Shown piece by piece: positions 33,284-42,841 of a stretch of 49,338 bases of DNA. Source of the DNA: an uncultured bacterium (GTDB taxonomy: Bacteria; UBP6; UBA1177); the NCBI GenBank assembly GCA_947305505.1, contig CAMZDX010000002.1, positions 1 through 49,338 of the forward strand. Direction: 5' to 3'. Both the position numbers and the translations under genes were made by a program. Position 1 is the stretch's first letter, and every line of letters starts with the position of its first letter. The notes under the pieces are model-generated. The model worked only from the letters and a program-made list of their open reading frames with translations, made no database searches and was not told where the DNA came from.

Positions 33284-34207
33284 CTAATTTTCCGAATTTT
33301 TTTCAGATTTTTTCGGTTTACGCGTTTCGAACTTGTCCCGAAGGAGGTCTTTAAAGAGCTCGTCCCAGTAGTCGATTGCTGTTTCCATAACTTTTTCTTC
33401 GGTAAGAATTTCGTGGAAACGACTCTCGATCCCGACTTTTCGTCCGCTTTCGGTTGAGTCGCTCAACTTTTCCGACAACCCTTTGGATTTAATGTAAGCG
33501 ATATACTTTTCCAGCGTATATTTGCCGAAGCCGGCAAGTTTGCATTTTTCCCACGGCATAAACAGAATGAAGACTCGCGCATTTTTTCCTTCATCATTCA
33601 GCATGTTGTTGGCGACAACACTCTTCGACCAGACCAGGTTTTCAAAATCGGAAGAATTGTTTATATCTACAAATCTCGGATCGTTGAAATAAATAGGTTT
33701 TCTTTCCGTTCCTGTTCCCCTTGCATCTTTTTTCTCAATAAAATCGACGACTTTATCAAATGCGATTTCCATAACCCTTTCCTTGTCAATAAAAAAGTCA
33801 TTGTCGTCGGAAGAGGAAATCTGAATAACAGGCCCGTTTTCTCCGTCTGCCGCATCCACGCTCTGCGATTTCCTGTCGATCTGATCTTTCTTCTGCTTTT
33901 CTTTTACACAGTCTCTGACTATTATGAAATATATGTAGGCTTTAGTCTCTTTTTCGCGGACATCTTCATCTGTCAGATTTTCATGGTCTTCGATAAATTT
34001 ATTCAGGGCGCCTTTGCGTATTTTCTCCATACACAAAACAACCGCGTTCATTTCAAGTTCATCCTTCATCCACTCTGCCCCGCCGAGAAAAGATTCCCAC
34101 AACTTTCTGTTGAGTCTGATCCTTTCTGCAAAAAAATCGAAAAGATCATCCCAGACCTGTTTGGATTTGTCTCCGCCTCTGAACTTCACAAGACTGTCCC
34201 AGATCAT
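33284..34207 (-). CDS. Possible sigma-70-family (ECF/CalpS-like) factor; otherwise hypothetical
   Basis: DELEMNAVVLCMEKIRKG...KAYIYFIIVRDCVKEKQKK resembles sigma regions 2.1-2.4. No clear region 4 HTH seen. GGAGG RBS. The CDS is solid; the function is tentative. Confidence 0.35.
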   Translation of the reverse strand: MIWDSLVKFRGGDKSKQVWDDLFDFFAERIRLNRKLWESFLGGAEWMKDELEMNAVVLCMEKIRKGALNKFIEDHENLTDEDVREKETKAYIYFIIVRDCVKEKQKKDQIDRKSQSVDAADGENGPVIQISSSDDNDFFIDKERVMEIAFDKVVDFIEKKDARGTGTERKPIYFNDPRFVDINNSSDFENLVWSKSVVANNMLNDEGKNARVFILFMPWEKCKLAGFGKYTLEKYIAYIKSKGLSEKLSDSTESGRKVGIESRFHEILTEEKVMETAIDYWDELFKDLLRDKFETRKPKKSEKNSEN

Positions 34208-34217
34208 TTACCCCTCC

Positions 34218-34637
34218 TTATTTAAGTATTTTGTTCTTATTCAGTATTCTGACAAGCTCCATTTTGTCCTGGTTGCTTATCGTTCCTATCGGAGAACCGT
34301 TCTCTACAAGACACCTGTCCACTTTTCTCGGGTAAAGGTAATGGTATGTTCCGATAAGATCCTCTGTAGCAATATTGTGTGTTATTACTTTAGGAATAAA
34401 GATGCCGTTATCATCAAGGCACTTAGATGTTCCAGGAATCATAAGAACAGGATCCGGATCAAAACTTTTCACAATAACCATTCCTGGTCTGTAAGGTTTC
34501 ATCTCATTTTGCCCGAACGGGGTGTCCATCCATGGTCTTCTGGCAGTCCAGAAAATCTCCCCTAAAAAATAAGTCCGACCATTATTGCGAATATGGGTTT
34601 TACCTTTAATTGAACTATCCTTTCCATATCTGCTCAT
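34218..34637 (-). CDS. MazF/PemK-like protein without adjacent antitoxin
   Basis: GEIFWT...YRPGMVIVKS...VLMIPGTSK...IGTISNQDKMELVRIL follows the MazF pattern GD.IWV..RP.VVLS...VP.T. GAGGTG RBS. Confidence 0.55.
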   Translation of the reverse strand: MSRYGKDSSIKGKTHIRNNGRTYFLGEIFWTARRPWMDTPFGQNEMKPYRPGMVIVKSFDPDPVLMIPGTSKCLDDNGIFIPKVITHNIATEDLIGTYHYLYPRKVDRCLVENGSPIGTISNQDKMELVRILNKNKILK

Positions 34638-34805
34638 TTCCGCACCTCAGCGTAAACTATTTATTCCCCTAAAAAGACTGGGAATTATAGCCGAAACGCT
34701 TCAAAAATGAATTTTTCTATACTCTGGTCTATAGAAAAATATACAAAAATCCTATGGTTTAAATTTGACTTGAAAGAAATTCGATGGGATCAGTGAAGAA
34801 AGTGG

Positions 34806-34997
34806 TTAGACAGCTTTCTGAACCTTGCCGGAACGAAGGCAGCGCGAGCATACGGTGACCGTTTTTACCGTGCCGTTCTCAACGATTTTGACTTTCTGGA
34901 TATTGGGATTCTGGATCTTCTGAGTTCTGTTGTTCGAGTGGCTTACATTGTGACCGAACATCGGTTTTTTGCCGCATATTTCACATTTGCGTGACAT
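34806..34997 (-). CDS. rpmB: 50S ribosomal protein L28
   Basis: MSRKCEICGKKPMFGHNVSHSNNRTQ. Start moved to MSRKC (GGAG RBS). Confidence 0.9.
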   Translation of the reverse strand: MSRKCEICGKKPMFGHNVSHSNNRTQKIQNPNIQKVKIVENGTVKTVTVCSRCLRSGKVQKAV

Positions 34998-35041
34998 GAT
35001 TTTCTCCATAAAATTAAAACAACAACAAAAAAAACGCAGGC

Positions 35042-35069
35042 ATTATAGACATTTTTAATGAAAAAGCAA
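35042..35069 (-). promoter_or_regulatory. Putative sigma-70 promoter of rpmB (TTGCTT-N16-TATAAT)
   Basis: Read on the minus strand upstream of rpmB. Confidence 0.5.
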
Positions 35070-35126
35070 TTTTTTTGAGCAAAAAAACTAAAAATATCGG
35101 ATTTCTATCGGTAAAAAGAGAGTAGT

Positions 35127-37715
35127 TTAGAAAAGATCCTCGGCGCCTTGAGTCGGATCAAGGACGTCTTTTTCTTCAACGGTTTTGTTCGGTTCGCTTC
35201 CGGCATGGAAGTACATTCTGACGCCGTCTTTATCGGAAACAAGACCTGTTTTCGGGTCGATATTTCTGCCGACAACGCCTGCTGGGAGTTCATAATCAGC
35301 CGTCGGCGGGAAATTTTTGAGATATCTTTCCATGAAATCGCGCCAGATCGGAAGAGCTGTTTTCGAACCTGTTTCAACTCTGCCGAGCGGACGGCCGTGC
35401 TGGTCGTTTCCAACCCAGACACCGGCAACAAAATTGGGCGAATAGCCGATGAACCATGCATCGAAATAATCGTTCGTCGTTCCGGTTTTTCCGGCGACGT
35501 GACGGCTGCAAGTCCCTTCTTCGCTTTCTTCGCTCTCGATATTGCCCTTTTTGCATTTGTAGTGGTTGAAGCCTCTGACGCTCGCCGCAGTTCCGCGGTT
35601 GACGACATCTTCAAGAATTTTGTTGGTTATGTATGCCGTCTGCGGTGTAAGCGCCTGATTTTCCTCTCTTTTTGCAAAATAGAGAAGCCTTTCCATTTTT
35701 GCAGGTGCAGAGATGTACGGATCGTAAAAAACGGTGTTGTCTTCGAGGACGTTTCCGTTTTTGTCGTAAATTTTTCTGATGTAAGTCGTGTGTGGCGCCT
35801 TTCCCATATTCGGGAAGTGGGCATAAGCGTCGGTGAGTTCGTCTATAGTAAGACAGCTCGAACCGAGCATACTGCCGAATTCAGGCTTGATCTCGCTTTT
35901 GATGCCTAAAGCCTTTGCGCCGTCAATGGCATCGCGAAGCCCGAGTTTCTGCAGAACTCTGATTGCAGGAGTGTTCATCGAATGAATGAGCGCTTCCCAA
36001 ACCGTAACTTCACCTTTGAAAGTGTTCTCGAAGTTAGCCGGCTTGAAATTCGTGTCGGTAACCGTTACGGGCGCGTCAAGCACCATCGTTGCCGGAGTGA
36101 GAAGCGGAGATCTGCCGCCCCGTTTTTCGAGCGCCAGAGTATAGAAAATCGGTTTTATCGAGCTTCCGGGCTGGCGGCAGGCCTGAGTCGTGCGGTCGAA
36201 TTCGCTTATTTCGAAATCGTAACCGCCCATGAGCGCCTTGACATAACCCGAATACGGGTCTTTTACGATTATAGCAGCCTGAGACGAAGGAATCTGTTCG
36301 AGAACGAAATAGAAGTCTTTTCCCAGTTCTTTCGAATAGTTGCGGAAATCGTACTGGTCGCGCGTTCCGGCCTTGTCGGTCGCTCTCACGAGAATGACAT
36401 CCCCTGGTTTGAAAACTTCTTTTACCGATTTTACAACCGAGTAAGAACCTGTCGGACTCCACGGACGCGCCCATTGCAAATCTTCAAGATAGATATTGCG
36501 TTTAACTTCGCCGACTTGAACAAGTGCGCTTTTTTCGGCAGTTTCCAGAACGACGCCCTGATAGTAGATGCCGCTTTGTATCGTTTCTTCGGTTATTTTT
36601 CCGAAGACTTTCTCGTGCCGTGCCAAATATGTGTCGAGATCTTTTTTGATGTTTATCGAATAAAGCGGATTTGTGACTTCACCGCTGAATTTATCTCCTT
36701 TTTTGTAGCTGTCAGCTTCGCCTCTCGCGTAACCCTGACGCTTCGAAAGCTCTCTAACGCCGTAAAAAACAGCCTCGTGGGCGAATTTCGTGGCACGCAT
36801 ATCTACCGTTGTCTGAACGGTAAGACCCTCTTTGTAAAGTTTGTCGAAACCGTATTTGTCAAGCAGATATCTGCGCACTTTTTCGCTGAAATAAGGTGCT
36901 TTGTCGAGGAAGAGCTCCTTCTGGACATTCGTTTTTATCGGCTTGGCAAGTGCCGTGTCATACTCTGCCTTTGTGATGTATTTGTCTTCCAGCATTCTTT
37001 TGAGGACATAGTTTCTGCGGCGCAGAGCCTTGTCTGGATTGAGAATCGGAGAAGCCGCCGACGGGAATTTCGGAAGTCCGGCAAGAATCGCCATTTCGTC
37101 GATTTCAAGTTCCCAGATGTGCTTGCTGAAATATTTGCGGGAAGCAGCTTCGACACCGTAGGCACCGCTTCCGAGGTAGACTTCATTAAGGTAAAGATAA
37201 AGAATTTCCTCTTTCGAAAGATGTTTTTCAAGCTCCATCGCAAGAATCATATCCTTTATTTTACGGCTGAAAGTTCTTTCAGTACCGACAAACGATTTGG
37301 AAAGCTGCTGCGTTATCGTACTTCCGCCCTGCTTGATGCCTGTGGTCATGTACTTGAACGCGGCACGGATTATACCGAGCGGATCGATGCCGTGATGAGT
37401 GTAGAACGAAGAATCTTCGCCGGCAACGAAAGCAAAACGCAGTTTTTCGGGAATTTTATCGTAAGGCACGATAATCCTTCGGTTTTCGTGATAAAACTCG
37501 GCAATAAGTTCACCGTCGTAGGAATAAACTTTAGTACCTGCATCGGGCTTGTAGTCGCTAACGGTGTTGAGAGCCGGGATCTCCGATTTGAATTTGGAGA
37601 AAAGCGCAATGCTCACGATAACGGCTAAAACAAAAAGAGCCGCAGTTGCAATGAGCACTATTTTAAGTATCTTACGGAACTTTGCTGATTTGAAATCGAA
37701 CTTCTTTTGAGCCAT
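35127..37715 (-). CDS. mrcA: Penicillin-binding protein 1A (bifunctional transglycosylase/transpeptidase)
   Basis: GT51 motifs EDSSFYTHHGID and GGSTITQQL. Transpeptidase motifs SSIKP, SMN and KTGTT. N-terminal TM helix. Confidence 0.92.
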   Translation of the reverse strand: MAQKKFDFKSAKFRKILKIVLIATAALFVLAVIVSIALFSKFKSEIPALNTVSDYKPDAGTKVYSYDGELIAEFYHENRRIIVPYDKIPEKLRFAFVAGEDSSFYTHHGIDPLGIIRAAFKYMTTGIKQGGSTITQQLSKSFVGTERTFSRKIKDMILAMELEKHLSKEEILYLYLNEVYLGSGAYGVEAASRKYFSKHIWELEIDEMAILAGLPKFPSAASPILNPDKALRRRNYVLKRMLEDKYITKAEYDTALAKPIKTNVQKELFLDKAPYFSEKVRRYLLDKYGFDKLYKEGLTVQTTVDMRATKFAHEAVFYGVRELSKRQGYARGEADSYKKGDKFSGEVTNPLYSINIKKDLDTYLARHEKVFGKITEETIQSGIYYQGVVLETAEKSALVQVGEVKRNIYLEDLQWARPWSPTGSYSVVKSVKEVFKPGDVILVRATDKAGTRDQYDFRNYSKELGKDFYFVLEQIPSSQAAIIVKDPYSGYVKALMGGYDFEISEFDRTTQACRQPGSSIKPIFYTLALEKRGGRSPLLTPATMVLDAPVTVTDTNFKPANFENTFKGEVTVWEALIHSMNTPAIRVLQKLGLRDAIDGAKALGIKSEIKPEFGSMLGSSCLTIDELTDAYAHFPNMGKAPHTTYIRKIYDKNGNVLEDNTVFYDPYISAPAKMERLLYFAKREENQALTPQTAYITNKILEDVVNRGTAASVRGFNHYKCKKGNIESEESEEGTCSRHVAGKTGTTNDYFDAWFIGYSPNFVAGVWVGNDQHGRPLGRVETGSKTALPIWRDFMERYLKNFPPTADYELPAGVVGRNIDPKTGLVSDKDGVRMYFHAGSEPNKTVEEKDVLDPTQGAEDLF

Positions 37716-37730
37716 TTATCCTCCAAACAG

Positions 37731-38078
37731 CTAATCCTTTTTTATCGCTTCAAAAATCTTTTCAAGTCTGATCTCGCGGTCGACAGAATCGTCGTAAACG
37801 AACTTTATTTCGGGTACGAATTTGAGTCTGCTTAAGTGCGACGCGAGTTTGAAGCGGATATTTTTAAGGTTTGAATCAAGGTATTCCTGGATTTTTTCGA
37901 CGTTTTCGGGCTTGAAAGTCGAATAGTAGATTTTCGCCGCCCTAAGATCCTGCAGAACAGAAACGTGAGTTATCGTTATCATGTCTGCCGGCGTACCGCC
38001 GAAATCACTGTAAACCATAGTGCTGATGAACCTTTTTATCGATTCGGCAACTCTGTCCTGCCTTATTGCGCCAGCCAT
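37731..38078 (-). CDS. rbfA: Ribosome-binding factor A
   Basis: Typical RbfA size and pattern (RVAESIKR...ITITHVSVLQDLRAAKIYYS...PEIKFVYD). Follows infB with a 1-nt overlap. Confidence 0.88.
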   Translation of the reverse strand: MAGAIRQDRVAESIKRFISTMVYSDFGGTPADMITITHVSVLQDLRAAKIYYSTFKPENVEKIQEYLDSNLKNIRFKLASHLSRLKFVPEIKFVYDDSVDREIRLEKIFEAIKKD

Positions 38079-40693
38079 TAAAGAACCTCGTCTCTGAATT
38101 CTTTGTCAATGTAACATTCGATTATGTCGCCGACTTTGATGTCGTTGTAGCTGTCGATCGTCGCACCGCATTCGTAACCGCTCTTAACCTCTTTGACATC
38201 GTCTTTGAAGCGTTTGAGCGTGCCGAGTTTGCCGCTGTAAATAACGACGTTGTCGCGGACGAGCTTGATTTTGGACATTCTGACGACTCTTCCTTCGATA
38301 ACCATGCAGCCTGCGATCGTGCCAACTTTGCCGACTTTGAAAATTTCGCGGACTTCGAGTTTTCCGATGTATTCCTCTTTGATGATCGGAGCAAGCATAC
38401 CCGACATTGCCGCTTTGATCGCGTCGATAAGTTCGTAAATGATCGAGAATATCTCAATGTTGACACCTTCAGCCGCAGCAAGCTGTTTAGCTTTGTTGTC
38501 GACACGGACGTTGAAGCCGATGATCATTCCCTGGGACGCGCTTGCAAGCAGAACGTCGTTTTCGTTGATGCCGCCGACGCCCGAGTGAATGACTTTTATC
38601 TTCATCTTTTTATGCTCTATCTTGTTGAGAGACGCGATGATAGCTTCGACTGAACCGTCGACGTCGCCTTTTACGATAACGTTGAGATCCTTGACCTCTT
38701 CCTGTTCCGCGGCAAAGAACTCTTCGATCGAAGGAGTTGCTTTTTCGACGTTCTTTTTCTCGCGCTGTTTGTTGATTCTGAGTTCGACCAGACCCTTCGC
38801 CTTTCTTTCATCTTTGAAGACGTAAAGTTTTTCGCCTGCCGGCGGAACGAGGTCAAGACCCGTAATCTCGACTGCCATTGAAGGAGTCGCCTCTTTTACA
38901 CGCTTTCCTGTCCAGTCCATCATGCTTCTGACATAACCGATCGATGTGCCTGTAACAACCAGATCTCCGATTTTAAGCGTTCCGTCTTTGACAAGAACTG
39001 TCGCAACGGGGCCTTTGCCAGGATCCATTCTCGATTCGATGACGATACCTTCGGCAGGTTTTGTCGGATCAGCCTTGAGATCCATCATTTCGACCTGAAG
39101 AAGAACAGCTTCGAGAAGACCTTCGATGTTGATTCTCTGTTTTGCCGAAATTTCGACGAACAGGTTTTCTCCGCCCAGTTCTTCCGCAACGATCTCGTAT
39201 TTGAGAAGTTCGTTTTTGACCTTTGCCGGATTTGCCGTCGGTTTGTCGATTTTGTTGATCGCAACGATTATAGGAACATTCGCAGCCTTTGCATGGTTGA
39301 TAGCTTCGACTGTCTGAGGCATAACGCCGTCATCGGCTGCAACTATAAGGATAACTACGTCTGTCGCCTGTGCTCCTCTGCTTCTCATCGCCGTGAAAGC
39401 TTCGTGACCCGGAGTATCGAGGAACGTGATTTTTCCGCCTTCGATCTCGACCGAGTAAGCACCGATGTGCTGCGTGATACCGCCGGCTTCGCGGTCAACG
39501 ACATTCGTGTGCCTGATTGCGTCGAGAAGTTTCGTTTTGCCGTGGTCGACGTGACCCATGACAGTGACTACCGGCGGACGCGGAACCATATTTTCAGGTT
39601 TGCTCTCGGTGACTTCGATGAACGATTCTTCGCTGAGAGCGACGTTTTCAGCAGTAAATCCGAACTCTTCGGCAAGGAACTGCGCAGTGTCGTAAGGAAT
39701 TCTGTCGTTGATTCCGAACATTTCACCCATAGCCATGAGCTTTGAAAGAAGCTGAGCCGCCTTCACACCCATTCTGCGTGCAAGTTCTGCGACCTGAACG
39801 AAATCTTCGAGTTTGAGTATTTTCTTTATAGCTTTTGTCGGATTCGGTGCAACGACCGGCTGCTGTTTCGCCTTTTTCTTATCTTTCTTTTTCTTTCTTA
39901 TTTCGGAGTAACCGCCGCCGTAGCCGCCGCCCTGGTCATCGCCCATAAACTGCGAAATGTCGGCACCTCTGAGCTTGCCGGTAACAACAAGATGAACGGA
40001 ATCGTCTCCGCCGCCGCGATTGTTGTTTTTCTTTTTGCCGCCGTGGCGCTGCTGCATATTGAGATTCTGGCTGACCGGAGCATCCGATTCGGGAATGACG
40101 ATTTTTCTCTTTTTGTTTTTGTTCCTGAAATCGCCTGAATAATCGTCATCTTCGTCTTCAGCCTTTTCTTCCTCTTTTTTGTGGACATGCTGTGGTTTTC
40201 TATCCTCTTCAGGAAGCTCTTCCTCCTGATTTGCCGCAGCAATCTTTCTGATTTCATCTTCAACGCTGACGATCTTATCTTCCGGAGCTTCCTGCTCTTC
40301 AGGAACTTCCTCGGTCTCGGGTTCCGCTGCCTGTTCCGGAGAAGTTTCGGGGGTCACCTCTTCCGCACTCTCGACCGGAGTCTCTTCAACTTTTTCTTCC
40401 GCTGCTTCCTCAGCAGGACTTTCGGGCTGTTTAGCCTCTTCCGGCTGCTCTGCCGGCCTTTCGTCCGAAGGAATGAAACTCCTCTCTCTGTTTCCTCTGC
40501 GGAGTATCGCCTTGGGTTTTGCAGTTTCAGGCTCCTCCTTTTTGGCCGCAGGAAAATGGTCTCTCACCATCTCTTCAAGATATCCTTCGATTTTGTTTGC
40601 AGCTTTGTAACCGCCGTGCCCCTCTGAATCGAGATAAGCGATGACAACTTTGCTTTCGATACCGAGTTCTTTTGCCAATTCACTGATACGCAT
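38078..40693 (-). CDS. infB: Translation initiation factor IF-2
   Basis: GHVDHGKTKLLD, DTPGHEAF and NKID GTPase motifs. Charged low-complexity N-terminal region. Confidence 0.95.
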   Translation of the reverse strand: MRISELAKELGIESKVVIAYLDSEGHGGYKAANKIEGYLEEMVRDHFPAAKKEEPETAKPKAILRRGNRERSFIPSDERPAEQPEEAKQPESPAEEAAEEKVEETPVESAEEVTPETSPEQAAEPETEEVPEEQEAPEDKIVSVEDEIRKIAAANQEEELPEEDRKPQHVHKKEEEKAEDEDDDYSGDFRNKNKKRKIVIPESDAPVSQNLNMQQRHGGKKKNNNRGGGDDSVHLVVTGKLRGADISQFMGDDQGGGYGGGYSEIRKKKKDKKKAKQQPVVAPNPTKAIKKILKLEDFVQVAELARRMGVKAAQLLSKLMAMGEMFGINDRIPYDTAQFLAEEFGFTAENVALSEESFIEVTESKPENMVPRPPVVTVMGHVDHGKTKLLDAIRHTNVVDREAGGITQHIGAYSVEIEGGKITFLDTPGHEAFTAMRSRGAQATDVVILIVAADDGVMPQTVEAINHAKAANVPIIVAINKIDKPTANPAKVKNELLKYEIVAEELGGENLFVEISAKQRINIEGLLEAVLLQVEMMDLKADPTKPAEGIVIESRMDPGKGPVATVLVKDGTLKIGDLVVTGTSIGYVRSMMDWTGKRVKEATPSMAVEITGLDLVPPAGEKLYVFKDERKAKGLVELRINKQREKKNVEKATPSIEEFFAAEQEEVKDLNVIVKGDVDGSVEAIIASLNKIEHKKMKIKVIHSGVGGINENDVLLASASQGMIIGFNVRVDNKAKQLAAAEGVNIEIFSIIYELIDAIKAAMSGMLAPIIKEEYIGKLEVREIFKVGKVGTIAGCMVIEGRVVRMSKIKLVRDNVVIYSGKLGTLKRFKDDVKEVKSGYECGATIDSYNDIKVGDIIECYIDKEFRDEVL

Positions 40694-41268
40694 TAAATAT
40701 CCCCCGAAGTGAAATTATTCAGTAAATTCATATAAAACATAAGTTTTTCCGATTGTTTTGAAGGTTTCAGCGCGAGTACCGAAACACCTCTTCCGTCAAA
40801 TTTTTTTCCGAGCAGCTCTTTTGTAAACATGCTCTTAATCCCATTAAGTCCAGTCTTTTTTTCGAGTTCCGCAACTGTTTTCCCCGATGCGTCGGAAGCA
40901 AACAAAATCGCGGCGAAAACCGTTCCTTTACCTGCTTCTTCGGCAATAAGGTTCTGCCCTTTGAGCAAAACTCCGCTTCTGCGGCATATAGCAAAATAAT
41001 AATCAAACGATTTTTCAGCCTGAGAGCGGACGAAATCGATGATTTTATCCTGCGGAACACCGAAAGAAGTGCAGTTGTCGAAAGAGGAAAAAACTTTTTT
41101 AAGACCGTAAATTCCGCAGAGGCACTTTCTGTCAAAATGGGTGTAGACCGAGCGTCCCTCGAGCTTCTGAGTCCAGTCCGGAACAAGAGTCCCGCCGGCT
41201 GCTACCCAGCGCAGAAGATTTTCCTTTTCGTCTCTGCCGCCGCAGAAAACACAGCTTCTTTCAGACAT
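40693..41268 (-). CDS. YlxR (DUF448)-like RNA-binding domain fused to an L7Ae/YlxQ-like domain
   Basis: CVFCGGRDEKENLLRWV is YlxR-like. CRRSGVLLKGQNLIAEE..AAILFASDASGKT is L7Ae-like. Start moved to MSERSC (AAGGAG RBS, 1 nt after the nusA stop). Confidence 0.75.
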   Translation of the reverse strand: MSERSCVFCGGRDEKENLLRWVAAGGTLVPDWTQKLEGRSVYTHFDRKCLCGIYGLKKVFSSFDNCTSFGVPQDKIIDFVRSQAEKSFDYYFAICRRSGVLLKGQNLIAEEAGKGTVFAAILFASDASGKTVAELEKKTGLNGIKSMFTKELLGKKFDGRGVSVLALKPSKQSEKLMFYMNLLNNFTSGDI

Positions 41269-41269
41269 A

Positions 41270-42841
41270 CTACTCCTTTTCTTCTTTTTCGCCGTCTTCT
41301 TCAAGTTTTGAGAAGTCGAAGAACGAATCAGGCGTTATTCTGCCGACTTTATCGCGTTTTTTGCCGTTGAGCTCGTCGATGTGGATCTGAAGGCTGTAAC
41401 GGATCTGACGCGCCCTTCTTATGCTGAGTTCAGCATTCTTGGCGAAAGATTCGGTATCAGGCTCGCTCTGGATGTCGGCAAGGGTGAGGTATCCTCTTTC
41501 TGCAAGGAACTGTGCAAGTTCTTCGTTTATGCACTTGAGAGCCGTGGTCGGAACATCGAGTTTCTTTTCAAGTTCGTCGTCGATGTTGATGACGCCCATG
41601 CCTTTTTCAAGCATCATATTTGCCTGTTCAATGATTGATTCAGCTTTTTCGACAGTAATATCGGGAAGCTCTGCAAGGACTTCTGGAGAAACGGTAGTAA
41701 GGTCTTCCAAAGTCGTGTAGCCGAGTTTAATAAGCGAATCTGCAATGCTTTCGTCGATGCCGTCGATGAAAAGAAGTCTTCTCTTCGCCTCTTCAAGCAT
41801 CATCTGCATCTGGCTTTCGCTCTGAATATCGATGCTCCAGCCTGTAAGCTGACTTGCAAGTCTTACGTTTTCACCGCCGCGGCCTATTGCAACCGAAAGC
41901 TGGTCGTCGGGAACGATGACATCCATGCTGTGCTCGTCGTCGTCAATGATGATCTGCGAAACTTCGACAGGAGAAAGAGTATTGCAGATGTATTTTACGG
42001 AATCCTCATCCCACGGAATGATGTCGATTTTTTCGCCGCTGAGTTCGTGAACGACGTTCTGGATCCTGGAGCCTTTCATACCGACACATGCACCGACAGG
42101 ATCGACGTCGTGGTCGATCGATCTGACGCTGATTTTGGAACGGTGACCCGGATCACGCGCAACGCCTTCGATTTTAACGATTTTCTCAGCAATTTCTGGA
42201 ACTTCAAGTTCAAAAAGTTTGATCAAGAACATTGTGTTAACACGGCTTAGAAGAATGTTGCAGCTCTGTCCTGATGCCGGTTTTTTGACTTCGAGAATGA
42301 GAGCTTTGATTCTGTCGCCGGTTTTGAATCTGTCGGACGGGATCTGCTGCGTGTAGGGCAGATAAGCCTCGGTTTTGCCGATGTCGACGATGATGCCAGC
42401 CTTTTCGAAACGTCTGACCGTTCCGGTGATGATTTCGGACTGTCTGTTCTTGAACTCGTCATAAATTATGTCGCCTTCAAGAGTTTTTATCTTCTGCAGA
42501 ATAACCTGCTTTGCGACCTGAGCCGCGATTCTTCCGAGTTCGTCGGCTTCCATTTTGATGCCGAGCGTATCGCCCAACTGTGCCTCAGGGTCGATCTTGT
42601 GCGCTTCAGCAAGTGAAATGTCGAGCAGAGGATCTTCAACTCTGTCGGTTACAAGCCTGAAATAGTAAGCCTCGAGGTTTCCCGTTTCATCGTCGTACAT
42701 GATGTCGATGTCGGCTTCCGTTCCGAGCTTTTTCTGAACGGCGCGGTAAAGAGCCTCTTTCACGATGTCGATGATAAGTTCCCTTTTGATACCCTTCATT
42801 TTGACCAGCTGGTCGATCAATTCCTTCAAATTAAAATCCAT
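41270..42841 (-). CDS. nusA: Transcription termination/antitermination factor NusA
   Basis: S1 and KH domains (GDRIKALILEV, RDPGHRSKISV, GMKGSRIQNV, AIGRGGENVRLASQLTGW) plus a C-terminal acidic repeat region. Start moved to MDFNLKEL, overlapping the rimP stop. Confidence 0.93.
   Translation of the reverse strand: MDFNLKELIDQLVKMKGIKRELIIDIVKEALYRAVQKKLGTEADIDIMYDDETGNLEAYYFRLVTDRVEDPLLDISLAEAHKIDPEAQLGDTLGIKMEADELGRIAAQVAKQVILQKIKTLEGDIIYDEFKNRQSEIITGTVRRFEKAGIIVDIGKTEAYLPYTQQIPSDRFKTGDRIKALILEVKKPASGQSCNILLSRVNTMFLIKLFELEVPEIAEKIVKIEGVARDPGHRSKISVRSIDHDVDPVGACVGMKGSRIQNVVHELSGEKIDIIPWDEDSVKYICNTLSPVEVSQIIIDDDEHSMDVIVPDDQLSVAIGRGGENVRLASQLTGWSIDIQSESQMQMMLEEAKRRLLFIDGIDESIADSLIKLGYTTLEDLTTVSPEVLAELPDITVEKAESIIEQANMMLEKGMGVINIDDELEKKLDVPTTALKCINEELAQFLAERGYLTLADIQSEPDTESFAKNAELSIRRARQIRYSLQIHIDELNGKKRDKVGRITPDSFFDFSKLEEDGEKEEKE

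Noticed and set aside
35982-37628. 548-aa plus-strand ORF, and other long antisense ORFs such as 35148..35909, 38066..38653, 16671..17189, 31210..32016, 7822..8568 and 5630..6256.
   Set aside because: They lie antisense to genes with strong family signatures (PBP1A, IF-2, NrdD and others). They have no RBS and show repetitive R/F/S-rich translations typical of shadow frames.
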